Origin: an uncultured Aureispira sp.
GTDB taxonomy: Bacteria > Bacteroidota > Bacteroidia > Chitinophagales > Saprospiraceae
Assembly (NCBI GenBank): GCA_964399855.1
Contig: CAYNSF010000002.1
Coordinates: 71,691-135,690, forward strand
DNA length: 64,000 nucleotides
Reading direction: 5' to 3'
Part shown: piece after piece, positions 1 through 9,577 of the stretch
Layout of the letters: the number at the start of each line of letters is the position of its first letter
Numbering within the stretch: position 1 is the first letter of the stretch
The notes under the pieces: generated by a model
Told to the model about the DNA's origin: nothing
Databases searched by the model: none
What the model saw: the letters and a program-made list of their open reading frames with translations, nothing else
Program-made: the position numbers and the translations under genes

Positions 1-1614
1 ACAGAAAAGCAAATGAAAATGGATATCACAGCGAAGTCTAACTATTTTGACATGGACGAATGGATGACTGCTGACGACAAGCAAGCACCACCCAGTACCG
101 AATTATCTGCTGTTCCCGCCAATGAAGAATTGATAAAAAATGCCAATATTAACCTCAATCTTCAGGCGAAAGCGGTCAAAATGAATGGTTTTGATCTCAA
201 ACCCTTGAATTTAGACGCAAGCTTATCAGCAAATGTTATGGAAGTTCGCAAATTTTACACGACAGTTAAGGGTAGCGACATCAAGCTCAATGGCACGGTG
301 GTCAATGCTTATGACTATCTGATGCATGATGGCGTATTGGACGGATTTCTCACGCTCCAATCTAATAAATTGGATTTGAATGCATTTATGACAGAAGCAC
401 CAGCCAATGGCAGTGACGAACCGCTGACGGTGATTCCTGTTCCAGAAAAAGTAAGACTCAAAATGCAGGCCGATGTCAATGAATTGACCTATACGAATAT
501 GATATTAAAAGATGCCAAAGGTATCCTCGAAGTACAAAATAGTGAATTGGTGCTACAAGATTTTAATACCAAAATAATGGGTGGTAGTTTTGGTTTGCAA
601 GGTTTTTATAGTACAGCTGATATGTCGAAGCCCGTATATTCGGTAAAGTTGGACTTAAATAAAATCAAATATGCCGATGCGTTCAAAACATTTGATATGA
701 TGCGAAAAGTGGCACCAATAGCGGAATATCTTGATGGCTTTTTCAATACATCATTGGTTATGAAAGGAAATCTCGGTCAAAATATGATGCCGATATTAAA
801 TACGATTGATGCCTCTGGTTTGATAGAAACGCTTAACGGAACCATCAAAGGCGTTGATCCTTTAGGGAAATTGTCCTCACTGCTTGGTATCAAAGAATTG
901 AGTAATATAGATTTGGTCAACACTCGAAACTGGTTTGAAATCGCAAATGGATTTGTGGAAATCAAGGAATTTTCCAAACATATCAAAGGGATAGATATGA
1001 CTGTGGGTGGTAAACACGGCATCAATCAAGATATGGATTACAATGTTGACTTAGCTATACCAAGAGAAATGCTCAAAGGCAATAAAATAACCGGTACAGT
1101 TGAATCTGGATTAAGTCTGATAGAAAAAGAAGCTTCAAAAATTGGTATTAATATAGATCAAGGCTCTCATGTGTATTTGAATGTAAAGATGACGGGCAAT
1201 TTGAAAAATCCAAAATTCAAAATCACGCCGAAGACTGGTAAGGGAAATTCTACGGGAAATACAGTAAAAGATAAAGCCCAAGAAACAGTAGAAGAGCTGA
1301 AAGACAATCTTCAGAAAGAGATAAAAAATCAAACAGAAATATTGAAAGATACGATCACGAAAAAAGTCAATCAGGAGGTCGATAAAGTAAAAACTAAGAT
1401 TGAAGAAACGAGTCAAAAGGCGATTGACTCATTGAAAAACAGGGTTCAGAAAGAAGTTGGAACGATAATAGACCCAATTGCAAAAGGTGTGATTCCTGAT
1501 TCGCTGAAGCAAAAAGCAAAAGACATGATCGAAAAAGGAGGCAAAAATGAAATAGATAAGATCCAAGATAAATTGAAATATTTTAATCCTTTCAAGAACA
1601 AAAAGAAGGACTAA
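1..1614 (+). CDS. AsmA-family-like outer-membrane biogenesis protein, C-terminal part (5' end upstream of window)
   Basis: Frame 1 is open from base 1 (aca gaa aag caa precede the first ATG at 13), so the gene is cut by the window edge. Beta-rich segments (ILKDAKGILEVQNSELVLQDFNTKIMGGSFGLQGFY) and a Lys/Glu-rich tail resemble AsmA-type C-terminal regions as I remember them. No motif-level proof. Confidence 0.45.
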   Translation, partial: TEKQMKMDITAKSNYFDMDEWMTADDKQAPPSTELSAVPANEELIKNANINLNLQAKAVKMNGFDLKPLNLDASLSANVMEVRKFYTTVKGSDIKLNGTVVNAYDYLMHDGVLDGFLTLQSNKLDLNAFMTEAPANGSDEPLTVIPVPEKVRLKMQADVNELTYTNMILKDAKGILEVQNSELVLQDFNTKIMGGSFGLQGFYSTADMSKPVYSVKLDLNKIKYADAFKTFDMMRKVAPIAEYLDGFFNTSLVMKGNLGQNMMPILNTIDASGLIETLNGTIKGVDPLGKLSSLLGIKELSNIDLVNTRNWFEIANGFVEIKEFSKHIKGIDMTVGGKHGINQDMDYNVDLAIPREMLKGNKITGTVESGLSLIEKEASKIGINIDQGSHVYLNVKMTGNLKNPKFKITPKTGKGNSTGNTVKDKAQETVEELKDNLQKEIKNQTEILKDTITKKVNQEVDKVKTKIEETSQKAIDSLKNRVQKEVGTIIDPIAKGVIPDSLKQKAKDMIEKGGKNEIDKIQDKLKYFNPFKNKKKD

Positions 1615-1760
1615 ATGATTTATTATCTTTACGGTCTTACAGATATCGAGCATATAAATATAAGAATAGGATCATTTTTGGTCAATAAGTAATCGTTGTC
1701 AGCCCGTAATGCGCAGTTTTTGCTGCCACTAATTATATTGCAAACAGATAGAAATAAATT

Positions 1761-3548
1761 TTGCTTTTGAAGCACCTGCTAACACTCAACCGGTTTTTTG
1801 TCAAGTATAAATGGTACCTTATACTCGGTATCGTATTTGTCACGCTATCCAATTATTTTGCCATTCTGATACCAAAACAGATTCAACAGGCATTGGATCT
1901 TGCACAGACTAAGATATTGGAATACAAAGATTTGTCAGTATCTGAGCAAAGTGGGTTTTATGAAGAATTAGGGAGCGTTTTAGTGCAATTCGCTTTGATT
2001 ATCGCGGCGCTTGCGGTCGTCAAAGGATTGATGATGTTTTTTATGCGTCAGACGATAATAGTCATGTCCAGATACATCGAGTACGACATGAGAAACGAAA
2101 TATTCGAACATATCAATAAGCTCGATCAGGCATTCATGCGTGGGCATCAGACAGGAGATATCATGGCACGGATATCCGAAGATGTATCCAAAGTAAGGGA
2201 ATATCTCGGACCAGGGTTGTTGTATGGTATCAACTTGATAACGCTTTTTGCGATGACGATATATGCGATGTTGCGTGTGGATGTGACGCTGACGATTTTT
2301 GCCTTACTACCATTGCCCGTATTGTCCATTTCAATCTATTACATATCTAAGATAATCAATAAGAAAAGTTTGTTGATCAAGCAGCAACTTTCCGTTTTGA
2401 ATAGTACGGCTCAAGAAACATATTCGGGTATTCGCGTAGTCAAATCTTATGTCAAAGAAGAAGCATTTTCAGATTTTTTTAGTGATGAAAGTGAAGAGTT
2501 CAAAAAAAGGTCATTATCACTTGCTAAGATAGAGGCTTATTTTCAGCCCTTAATGGCGCTGCTCATTTCGATGAGTACATTGTTGGTCGTACTTGTCGGT
2601 GGATTTCAGTATTACAATGGTCATCTTACAGCAGGAAATATAGCCGAATTTATCTTATATGTCAACATGTTGACTTGGCCGGTTACTGCTATAGGCTGGA
2701 TAGCGTCTATCATTCAGACCGCCGAAGCATCTCAGTCTCGGATCAATCACTTACTCTTAGAACAACCTGGAATTGTAAATCACAACCACGATATGTACCA
2801 TTTGGATGGAGATATAGAGTTTAGAAATGTTACATTTGTGTATCCAAATACAGGTATTAAAGCTTTAGACAATGTTAGTTTTAAAATCAAGAAAGGAGAG
2901 CGGATTGCCATCATGGGTAAAACAGGTTCTGGAAAGTCAACGATAGCAGAATTGCTGACAAGAATGTTCGATACGACTGAAGGTGAAATACTTATCGACG
3001 GTCGTGATATCCGTGAGCACAATATCAATAATCTACGAGATAGGATAGGCTATGTGCCACAGGATGTGTTTTTGTTTTCTGATACCATTTCTGGGAATAT
3101 ATCGTTTGGAAGGCCGGACTCCAGCATGGACAAAATCAAAAAATATGCAGATTATGCCTCTATACTCCATGAAATAGAAGGTTTGCCCAACCGATTTGAT
3201 ACGGTAGTTGGAGAAAGAGGTGTTACTTTGTCAGGTGGACAAAAACAGCGAGTATCCATAGCACGAGCATTGATCAAAGAACCAGACATCGTACTTATGG
3301 ATGATGCATTATCGGCTGTAGATACGACCACAGAACAAAATATACTTTCTTTCCTTGATGAAGAATTATCCGGTAAAACAGCCGTTGTAGTGACACACAG
3401 AGCAGGAAATCAGCTCAATTTTGACCGCATACTTATTTTAGAAGACGGTCGATTGACCGAATCTGGAACACATGATCAATTATTACTTAATAAAGGGTTT
3501 TATGCCCAGATTTACAACCAACAACAACTTCAACAAGTAGAGGTATAA
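1761..3548 (+). CDS. ABC transporter, fused permease/ATP-binding protein (MsbA/ABCB exporter type)
   Basis: 595 aa. N-terminal multi-TM half. Walker A GKTGSGKST, ABC signature LSGGQKQR, Walker B IVLMDDA. TTG start as given by the ORF track. Confidence 0.9.
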   Translation: MLLKHLLTLNRFFVKYKWYLILGIVFVTLSNYFAILIPKQIQQALDLAQTKILEYKDLSVSEQSGFYEELGSVLVQFALIIAALAVVKGLMMFFMRQTIIVMSRYIEYDMRNEIFEHINKLDQAFMRGHQTGDIMARISEDVSKVREYLGPGLLYGINLITLFAMTIYAMLRVDVTLTIFALLPLPVLSISIYYISKIINKKSLLIKQQLSVLNSTAQETYSGIRVVKSYVKEEAFSDFFSDESEEFKKRSLSLAKIEAYFQPLMALLISMSTLLVVLVGGFQYYNGHLTAGNIAEFILYVNMLTWPVTAIGWIASIIQTAEASQSRINHLLLEQPGIVNHNHDMYHLDGDIEFRNVTFVYPNTGIKALDNVSFKIKKGERIAIMGKTGSGKSTIAELLTRMFDTTEGEILIDGRDIREHNINNLRDRIGYVPQDVFLFSDTISGNISFGRPDSSMDKIKKYADYASILHEIEGLPNRFDTVVGERGVTLSGGQKQRVSIARALIKEPDIVLMDDALSAVDTTTEQNILSFLDEELSGKTAVVVTHRAGNQLNFDRILILEDGRLTESGTHDQLLLNKGFYAQIYNQQQLQQVEV

Positions 3549-3590
3549 AAATAAACTATCGAATAAATTTTGTTTTTTAAAATTTATATA

Positions 3591-3598
3591 TAAATTTG
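3591..3598 (+). promoter_or_regulatory. candidate Bacteroidota -7 promoter box (TAAATTTG)
   Basis: Matches TAnnTTTG, 35 nt upstream of the GTG start at 3633. AT-rich context, so chance matches are common. Confidence 0.3.
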
Positions 3599-3632
3599 TC
3601 CTATCTTTTAATTCTTTTAAAAATAAATTGAG

Positions 3633-3986
3633 GTGGATTTCGAAGACAGAAACAAATATGACATCGTTCATTCAAGTAAGGTTAAAGCCGGAAAAAGGCG
3701 AACTTATTTTTTTGATGTACGAAAAACAAAAAACAATGATTACTATATCAGTCTAACTGAAAGTACAAAAAAAATGCACTCCGATGGCTTTGAAAGGCAT
3801 AAAATCTTTGTTTATAAAGAGGATTTTAATCGCTTTTTGTCTCAACTTCAGGAAACCATTGACATGGTGAAGAATGAATTGATGCCTGATTATGATTATG
3901 AACAAGTAGAAAGGAGACAATCTGAATGGGAAGCTCAACAAAACGAAGAGCAATCCCGTAACCGAGATGAAGACATCAGCTGGTAG
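3633..3986 (+). CDS. PUR-alpha-like nucleic-acid-binding protein (DUF3276 family)
   Basis: 117 aa. KAGKRRTYFFDVRKTKNNDYYISLTES...ERHKIFVYKEDFNRF matches the small Bacteroidota PUR-repeat protein pattern from memory. Acidic tail. Confidence 0.6.
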   Translation: MDFEDRNKYDIVHSSKVKAGKRRTYFFDVRKTKNNDYYISLTESTKKMHSDGFERHKIFVYKEDFNRFLSQLQETIDMVKNELMPDYDYEQVERRQSEWEAQQNEEQSRNRDEDISW

Positions 3987-4311
3987 TTAATCATACTATC
4001 GATACATTATAAAATGTCTTAAATCAATTGAAGTCATTCCCATGGCTATCAGTTGTTTTATATAATGTATTATTGTCTATATAAACTATATGTTCTAACC
4101 ATTGACTATGACTATATTAAGGAATTTCACATAATATATATCTATTTAGGGTTTGCTGAATAACTTGCAAAGAATTGTTTCTCAATGATTTTTGTGGATG
4201 AATTTCAAATATAATTGCAAGGTAAAAAACACTAATCCAACAGAATCGCAGGAAAACCTCGCTCTGAATTTTTTTCGGCTTCCCGTATTGGCAAATCCAG
4301 ACTCTATCGGG

Positions 4312-4378
4312 TAGCTCCTACGGAGCATATTTCATGATGACATATCTTGGTTACAAATATGTTGCTCCTACGGAGCAT
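4312..4378 (+). repeat. two direct copies of a GC-clamped hairpin (gctcc-tac-ggagc)
   Basis: tagctcctacggagcat at 4312-4328 and gttgctcctacggagcat at 4361-4378. Each is a 5-6 bp stem with a 3-nt loop. Confidence 0.8.
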
Positions 4379-4401
4379 TTGATTATCAGATTGATTTTCA
4401 A

Positions 4402-4631
4402 TACTGCTCTGTCTATAAAAAGACTTAAATTATAATGGAAGTTATTTTTTTAAAGATCAAGGCAAAAAACATATCTATACGATTTAAGCGAAGTTTAATG
4501 AATGCCTGAACGGCATTCAAGTATAGATACCGCTTGCGGCTTGGCCATAAAAACAATGGCGAGTATTTTTAACGATGAGATTTGAAAAAAGAACGACATT
4601 TCATAAAGATCTTTTTGTTGATAGAGCAGTA
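4402..4631 (-). mobile_element. MITE-like element, copy A (full length, expanded centre, inverted relative to copies B-D)
   Basis: Left end tactgctctgtctataaaaag (4402-4422). The reverse complement of the right end (4611-4631) is tactgctctatcaacaaaaag. The interior aligns with copies at 18892, 42635 and 55278. No ORF. Confidence 0.75.
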
Positions 4632-4686
4632 GATTTTGTCCCATCGGGACAACACGTTTGTAAAAAGACAGAATTATAGTGAGCTA

Positions 4687-4704
4687 TTGCTCCGTAGGAG
4701 CAAC
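4687..4704 (-). repeat. third, inverted copy of the gttgctcctacggagca hairpin
   Basis: ttgctccgtaggagcaac is the reverse complement of the 4361-4378 copy. The two bracket MITE copy A. Confidence 0.8.
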
Positions 4705-4932
4705 CCATAAAACTCGTATAAAACTGTTGTAATGACTTTAACAGCAAGCCCAATTAAAAGGGAAAGGCGATTTTTTGACCTGAGTAGTTACTCTTTATCT
4801 TTTGTGAAGTCATGGAATTGTCAAAAAGTGAAGTCTTAAATTTATTATTATTCTTATTTAGATTATTTCTATATAAAGTTAAATAGCTTTGCAGTGAAAT
4901 TTTAAATTAGTCATATTTTAAACAAATTTTAC

Positions 4933-6177
4933 ATGAGAGTTTATTTTACAATTTTTAGTTTTTTATTTGCTTTTGCCTTGATAGCGCAGGAATCACAAAT
5001 CCATATTATGTCTTTGGGTGAAGGATATGGTAAGCAGTCATTTTTAAACTTAAAGACGGGAGAGGAATTCCAACTCAATAATGATGCTTGGGATATCGCA
5101 TTTTCTAATGTAGGACAAACGGATGCTGGAATATTCATTAATGAGTCTTCCTCAAATTCTGTTCCGGCGTTAGCATTGTTTCTTGCACCAACGACGGACT
5201 GGAATGAACCTATAACTGATGTAAGTGTTTTTGTCGATAGCCTGATACTTTATAATCAGGAGGCAAACTGGACTCAAGGTGCTTTCAACCATGTAGCTAC
5301 AGGTGGCGGCTTGGATTTGGGTTGGGGTGCTTACAATGTACAGACACACGTCATAGAAGGTAATAAAGTTTTTGTCATTAAAGGACGTGACGGTAGTTTC
5401 AAGAAGATTTTCATTGAAAATCTACAAGGTGGCACATATAACTTCAAATATGCCAACCTTGACGGAAGTGACGAACAGACAAAATCAGTTGCTAAAGGAA
5501 CAGATAAAGGTGCTACCATATTTTTCTCCCTCAAATCGGGAGAAGTCGTACCTACGCCTAAGGATTACGATTTGATGTTTTGGAGATATTATACGGTATT
5601 AGATGATGATGGTGATCCATTGGATTATATAGTAACGGGTATCTTAACTGCTCCGGGAGTAGAGTCTGTCAAAGTAGTTGGAGTTGACCCTGAAAATATT
5701 GATGAAAATGATTATAAGGACGAATATACAAGTTTTCCAAAAAATATCGGACATGATTGGAAAGACATTAATTTATCAACATTTAGTTGGGTTATAAGAG
5801 ACGACCAAGTGAATTTTGTAAAAACAAAAGATAATGATATCTATAAAATTGTTTTTATTGATTTTGAAGGATCTTCAACAGGTAGCGCTTTTTTTGTATC
5901 AACATTTCTAAAAAATACTACAAGTAGTAAGGATGTAGAAGCGCCTATTTCGGTATCTGTCTTTCCTAATCCAGCTCATTCGTCTATAACTATAGAGGCG
6001 GATGCAGTAAAAGATATCAAAATTGATATGTTTGCGGTTACAGGTCAACTTATCAAAAGTGCAGAAGCTCAGACCAATCAACCTATTGACATCAGTAATC
6101 TTAATTATAAAGGTTTAGTTTCATTGAGAATTGTTATGGACAATAAAGTGGTTGTTAAGCAATTAACTGTTAATTAA
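4933..6177 (+). CDS. HmuY-like secreted protein with T9SS C-terminal sorting domain
   Basis: 414 aa with a signal peptide. WDIAF and DLMFW segments plus repeated 'VFVIKGRDGSFKKIFI' / 'NFVKTKDNDIYKIVFI' strands resemble HmuY-family proteins. The last ~80 aa (VSVFPNPAHSSITIEA...VVKQLTVN) is a typical Por/T9SS CTD. A TonB receptor lies downstream. Confidence 0.55.
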   Translation: MRVYFTIFSFLFAFALIAQESQIHIMSLGEGYGKQSFLNLKTGEEFQLNNDAWDIAFSNVGQTDAGIFINESSSNSVPALALFLAPTTDWNEPITDVSVFVDSLILYNQEANWTQGAFNHVATGGGLDLGWGAYNVQTHVIEGNKVFVIKGRDGSFKKIFIENLQGGTYNFKYANLDGSDEQTKSVAKGTDKGATIFFSLKSGEVVPTPKDYDLMFWRYYTVLDDDGDPLDYIVTGILTAPGVESVKVVGVDPENIDENDYKDEYTSFPKNIGHDWKDINLSTFSWVIRDDQVNFVKTKDNDIYKIVFIDFEGSSTGSAFFVSTFLKNTTSSKDVEAPISVSVFPNPAHSSITIEADAVKDIKIDMFAVTGQLIKSAEAQTNQPIDISNLNYKGLVSLRIVMDNKVVVKQLTVN

Positions 6178-6310
6178 ATATTTTTTTGGTCTTTATGATG
6201 TGACTTCTACAGTAAAATTGAATGTCACCTTATTTCAGATTTTTTGTACCAGTAATTATTTTTAGAGGGATTGTCCAATAGCCTAATCTGAATTAAAGAT
6301 AATCCTTTAA

Positions 6311-6342
6311 GGAGCAGTATTTATAGTACTGCTCCTGTTTTT
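6311..6342 (+). terminator. intrinsic terminator after the HmuY-like gene
   Basis: ggagcagtat-ttata-gtactgctcc stem-loop followed by tgttttt. Confidence 0.7.
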
Positions 6343-6365
6343 CTAAACAAACAGACGTAATCAAT

Positions 6366-6671
6366 ATGTGTTTTAGAGAAATATCATGTCAATCGAACGA
6401 TGGTGAAATACGATTATCATCATGCGGGCGATTTTTTAGATTGAGATTTAATAATATTTTGATTGTTAATTCAATACATGAATTGGATGCGCTTTTTGGT
6501 ACATTAAGTGATTGTTATAACCATGTTAGATCCGATCATGATCTTATGAGCAAAAGCATTGTATTCGCTACACAAACGGCAGATTTAAAGTTGTACTTTT
6601 CTCCATTAGAGATCAAGCAGTTACATTACTTAGTAGAATCTACCATAATCAAAACAAAAGAATATGCCTAA
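6366..6671 (+). CDS. hypothetical small Cys-containing protein, translationally coupled to the TonB receptor
   Basis: 101-aa ORF that starts after the terminator. Its stop overlaps the receptor ATG (6664) by 8 nt. No recognisable motif. Confidence 0.4.
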   Translation: MCFREISCQSNDGEIRLSSCGRFFRLRFNNILIVNSIHELDALFGTLSDCYNHVRSDHDLMSKSIVFATQTADLKLYFSPLEIKQLHYLVESTIIKTKEYA

Positions 6672-8712
6672 AATAATTTTTATCATTTTCAGTTTATTAT
6701 TAATGCTTCAACTGCAAGCGCAGGACATGGCAGAGGACAGTATATTTTCTTCAAAGGCATTGGAAGAAGTCATGGTCACGGCACAGCATAGTCCTACACA
6801 TTATACACAGGCGATGCATAGAGTTACCATCATCAAAGAGCAAATTATCAAGGAAAGAGGCATCTATCAGTTAGATCAAGCCTTAGAACTCGTACCGTTT
6901 ATCCGTGTAGTAAATGATGGTGTTTTGGGCAGTCAGATCATCATGCGTGGAGTGGGAGCAAGCAATGTAGCCATTATGATAGATGGAGTGCCTGTCATTG
7001 GAAGATTGAATGGCGCCTTGGATTTATCACAGATATCTTTGAAAAACGTACAGCGAATAGAAATCATTGACGGTGCGCTTTCTGCAATTATGGGCAATAA
7101 CGCAGCCGGTGGCGTTATCAATATCATTACCAAAAAATCCCAGTTAGAAAAGATTGAATTGGCGGGTCATCACCAGGCGGAATCCATAAAGTCATTAAAT
7201 AACCAATTGAATATGGGATTTAAATTTGGTAAATTTACTTTATCGACTTCTGGAAGGATTTTTATTTACCATCAATATCCCATTGACAGCCTACGATTAG
7301 TTCAATCTGTACAATATCCAAATGGAAATACGGTGTCAGAAACTAAATATCCATGGAATCCCAAAAATCAATACAATATAGGTGGACAAATCGCTTACCG
7401 ACATTCCGACCAGCAACGGATAATCTTCAAATATGAAAGAAACTATGAGTATGTTTCAGATTATAGTCCAGTCAGAAGACCTATATTCAGACCTTATGGT
7501 GAAGATGTGTTTTTTACAACGTTGCGCAATGATTATACAGTAGTTTATGAAAATAAGATCAAAGACAAATATAATATTGAGCTAACGAGTGCTTATAATG
7601 ACTTTAACAGGTTGGTGGACAATAAAGTATATTACATAGAAACGGGATTGTTTGATAGCTTACGCCAATCGAGGGATACGAGCCATTTCTATTCCTATTT
7701 TACAAGAGGAACGATAGCTTTTCCATTATCTTCGAAAGTGAGTTTAATGGCAGGTGGTAATTATCAAAAAGAATTTGGAAGCGGCGACCGTATCAAAGCA
7801 GTTAATCAGGAGCTTAACACGAAAGTATTTACTGAAGAATTGGGCGTTTTTACAGATATCAAATATACACCTATACAAAAAATTACGTTAAACGGAACGA
7901 TACGCCTGACTACACATAATATTTATAATAACCAGTGGTCTGCATCATTCCAGACGAAATACAATCCTACCAAAAAGCTGAGTATTCGGGCAGGCTATGC
8001 ACAAGGATACCGAAGTCCGTCCTTGAAAGAGTTGTACTTAGAGTTTATTGATGTAAATCACTATATACTTGGTAATACCAATTTAACTCCGGAACGGTCA
8101 CAAGATGCACAACTTACATTTGGATATAATCCGCATAGAACTTTACAATTAAACCTAAATTTGTACAAAACCTGGATAAAAGACAGAATCACACTTACTG
8201 AATATGAAACGCTGAAGTATTCTTATGAAAATATTTCCTCATATTCGGTACATGGTTTTCAGCCCAGTATAGTTTGGAATTTTAAGAATTTAGAGTCAAG
8301 AACAGAGTCAAGTGTTGGTTATTGGTCATCCAATATCGACTATGAAGGTCCTGCTGTGTATGGAACCGTATTGGATTTGATGCAAACACTTAGGTACCAT
8401 TTCGAAAAGCCGGATATTAATATCTCCTTGAATTATAGATATGTAGGAGCTCAGCCGATATTCCGTCAGGCAAATGATACGATATCAATCGACAAAATAG
8501 AGGCTTACAATATGCTTAACTTATCACTTCAAAAATCTTTTTTTATCGATAAATTCTCAGTTGTGCTCGGAGCTAAAAACCTATTGGATGTCCGCTCGGC
8601 CAATGTATCATCAGGCGGTGGAGGCACAGGAGGAGCACATTCGACTTCTTATGGAGCAAGCAGAATCAGCCAGGGAAGAAATTATTTTTTGTCGTTGAGT
8701 TGGAGAATATAA
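6664..8712 (+). CDS. TonB-dependent outer-membrane receptor (HmuR-like context)
   Basis: 682 aa with a signal peptide. Plug-domain pattern (VMVTA...IIMRGVGASNVAIMIDGVP...IEIIDGALSAIMGNNAAGGVINIITK) followed by a long beta-barrel. Confidence 0.85.
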   Translation: MPKIIFIIFSLLLMLQLQAQDMAEDSIFSSKALEEVMVTAQHSPTHYTQAMHRVTIIKEQIIKERGIYQLDQALELVPFIRVVNDGVLGSQIIMRGVGASNVAIMIDGVPVIGRLNGALDLSQISLKNVQRIEIIDGALSAIMGNNAAGGVINIITKKSQLEKIELAGHHQAESIKSLNNQLNMGFKFGKFTLSTSGRIFIYHQYPIDSLRLVQSVQYPNGNTVSETKYPWNPKNQYNIGGQIAYRHSDQQRIIFKYERNYEYVSDYSPVRRPIFRPYGEDVFFTTLRNDYTVVYENKIKDKYNIELTSAYNDFNRLVDNKVYYIETGLFDSLRQSRDTSHFYSYFTRGTIAFPLSSKVSLMAGGNYQKEFGSGDRIKAVNQELNTKVFTEELGVFTDIKYTPIQKITLNGTIRLTTHNIYNNQWSASFQTKYNPTKKLSIRAGYAQGYRSPSLKELYLEFIDVNHYILGNTNLTPERSQDAQLTFGYNPHRTLQLNLNLYKTWIKDRITLTEYETLKYSYENISSYSVHGFQPSIVWNFKNLESRTESSVGYWSSNIDYEGPAVYGTVLDLMQTLRYHFEKPDINISLNYRYVGAQPIFRQANDTISIDKIEAYNMLNLSLQKSFFIDKFSVVLGAKNLLDVRSANVSSGGGGTGGAHSTSYGASRISQGRNYFLSLSWRI

Positions 8713-8878
8713 GTTGGGAATAGGGATTTATATAAGATATCAAGAAAAACAACTTTTAGTCATTTTGTCTGTTTTGAATGTTATCTGGTTAATTAAATAT
8801 GGTGTAACTACTCAGGTATGATTTGGTTAATCAGTGATCATTTTTTATCTTAGAAAGTTAAATTTTTAATTATATTTT

Positions 8879-9577
8879 TTGCCAAACTCAATTCCATACA
8901 TTGATTTTCACAACCATTCGATTTGGCATCAGCCTGATGTCGTAGAAGTGGTATCTATTCATGGAACTCAGCAAAAGAATAAAAAATATTACACTATTGG
9001 TTTTCATCCTTGGTGGACAGACCAACCGCTTACAGCAGAGCAGATAAAGCTTATTAAAGATGCATATTCTAACGATCCGTATTGTCTTGGCATAGGAGAA
9101 TTTGGTCTTGACAAGCTCAAAGGTGCCAATCTTGAAATGCAGTCAATTATTATGGAGCAACAGTTGGAGATTGCCGCACGATATCATGCGCCTATAGTGT
9201 TGCACTGTGTGCGTGCCTATGATCTAGCATTAGCATTTAGAAAAGCATTCAATCATTTTCCTTGGGTCAATCATGGATTTGTCAGGAATAAGGTACTTGC
9301 TAAACAGGTGTTGGATGCTGGTATTTATCTTTCCTTGGCTCCACATCATAGGATGACATCAGTTTTTGAGGAGATGTTGAGATATGTACCCTTAGACCGT
9401 ATTTTTATTGAAACTGATAGTGCTTATGATGTAGATATTCAGGACAGATATCGTATTTTTGCGGAATTAAGACAGCAACCTGTAGATCTTATCAAAGAAA
9501 TCGTATTCAATAATTTTAAAAAATTCTATTCTGATAAATGGAAATACCACGATGGCTCGAAAGAACAGCATTATTGA
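8879..9577 (+). CDS. TatD-family metal-dependent hydrolase
   Basis: 232 aa. IDFHNH start, GEFGLD, VLHCVRA and FIETDSAY motifs are typical of TatD. TTG start from the ORF track is uncertain. Confidence 0.75.
   Translation: MPNSIPYIDFHNHSIWHQPDVVEVVSIHGTQQKNKKYYTIGFHPWWTDQPLTAEQIKLIKDAYSNDPYCLGIGEFGLDKLKGANLEMQSIIMEQQLEIAARYHAPIVLHCVRAYDLALAFRKAFNHFPWVNHGFVRNKVLAKQVLDAGIYLSLAPHHRMTSVFEEMLRYVPLDRIFIETDSAYDVDIQDRYRIFAELRQQPVDLIKEIVFNNFKKFYSDKWKYHDGSKEQHY

Noticed and set aside
4393-4637. 6-bp target-site duplication gatttt flanking MITE copy A
   Set aside because: The left copy is separated from the terminal repeat by 3 nt while the right copy is directly adjacent. The word is AT-rich and copies B and C show no comparable duplication, so this is not convincing.
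4751-4775. Cobalamin riboswitch upstream of the HmuY-like/TonB locus (aattaaaagggaaaggcg resembles the GGGAA core)
   Set aside because: Only this short word matches. I found no B12 box or the paired elements of the riboswitch in the surrounding 200 nt.
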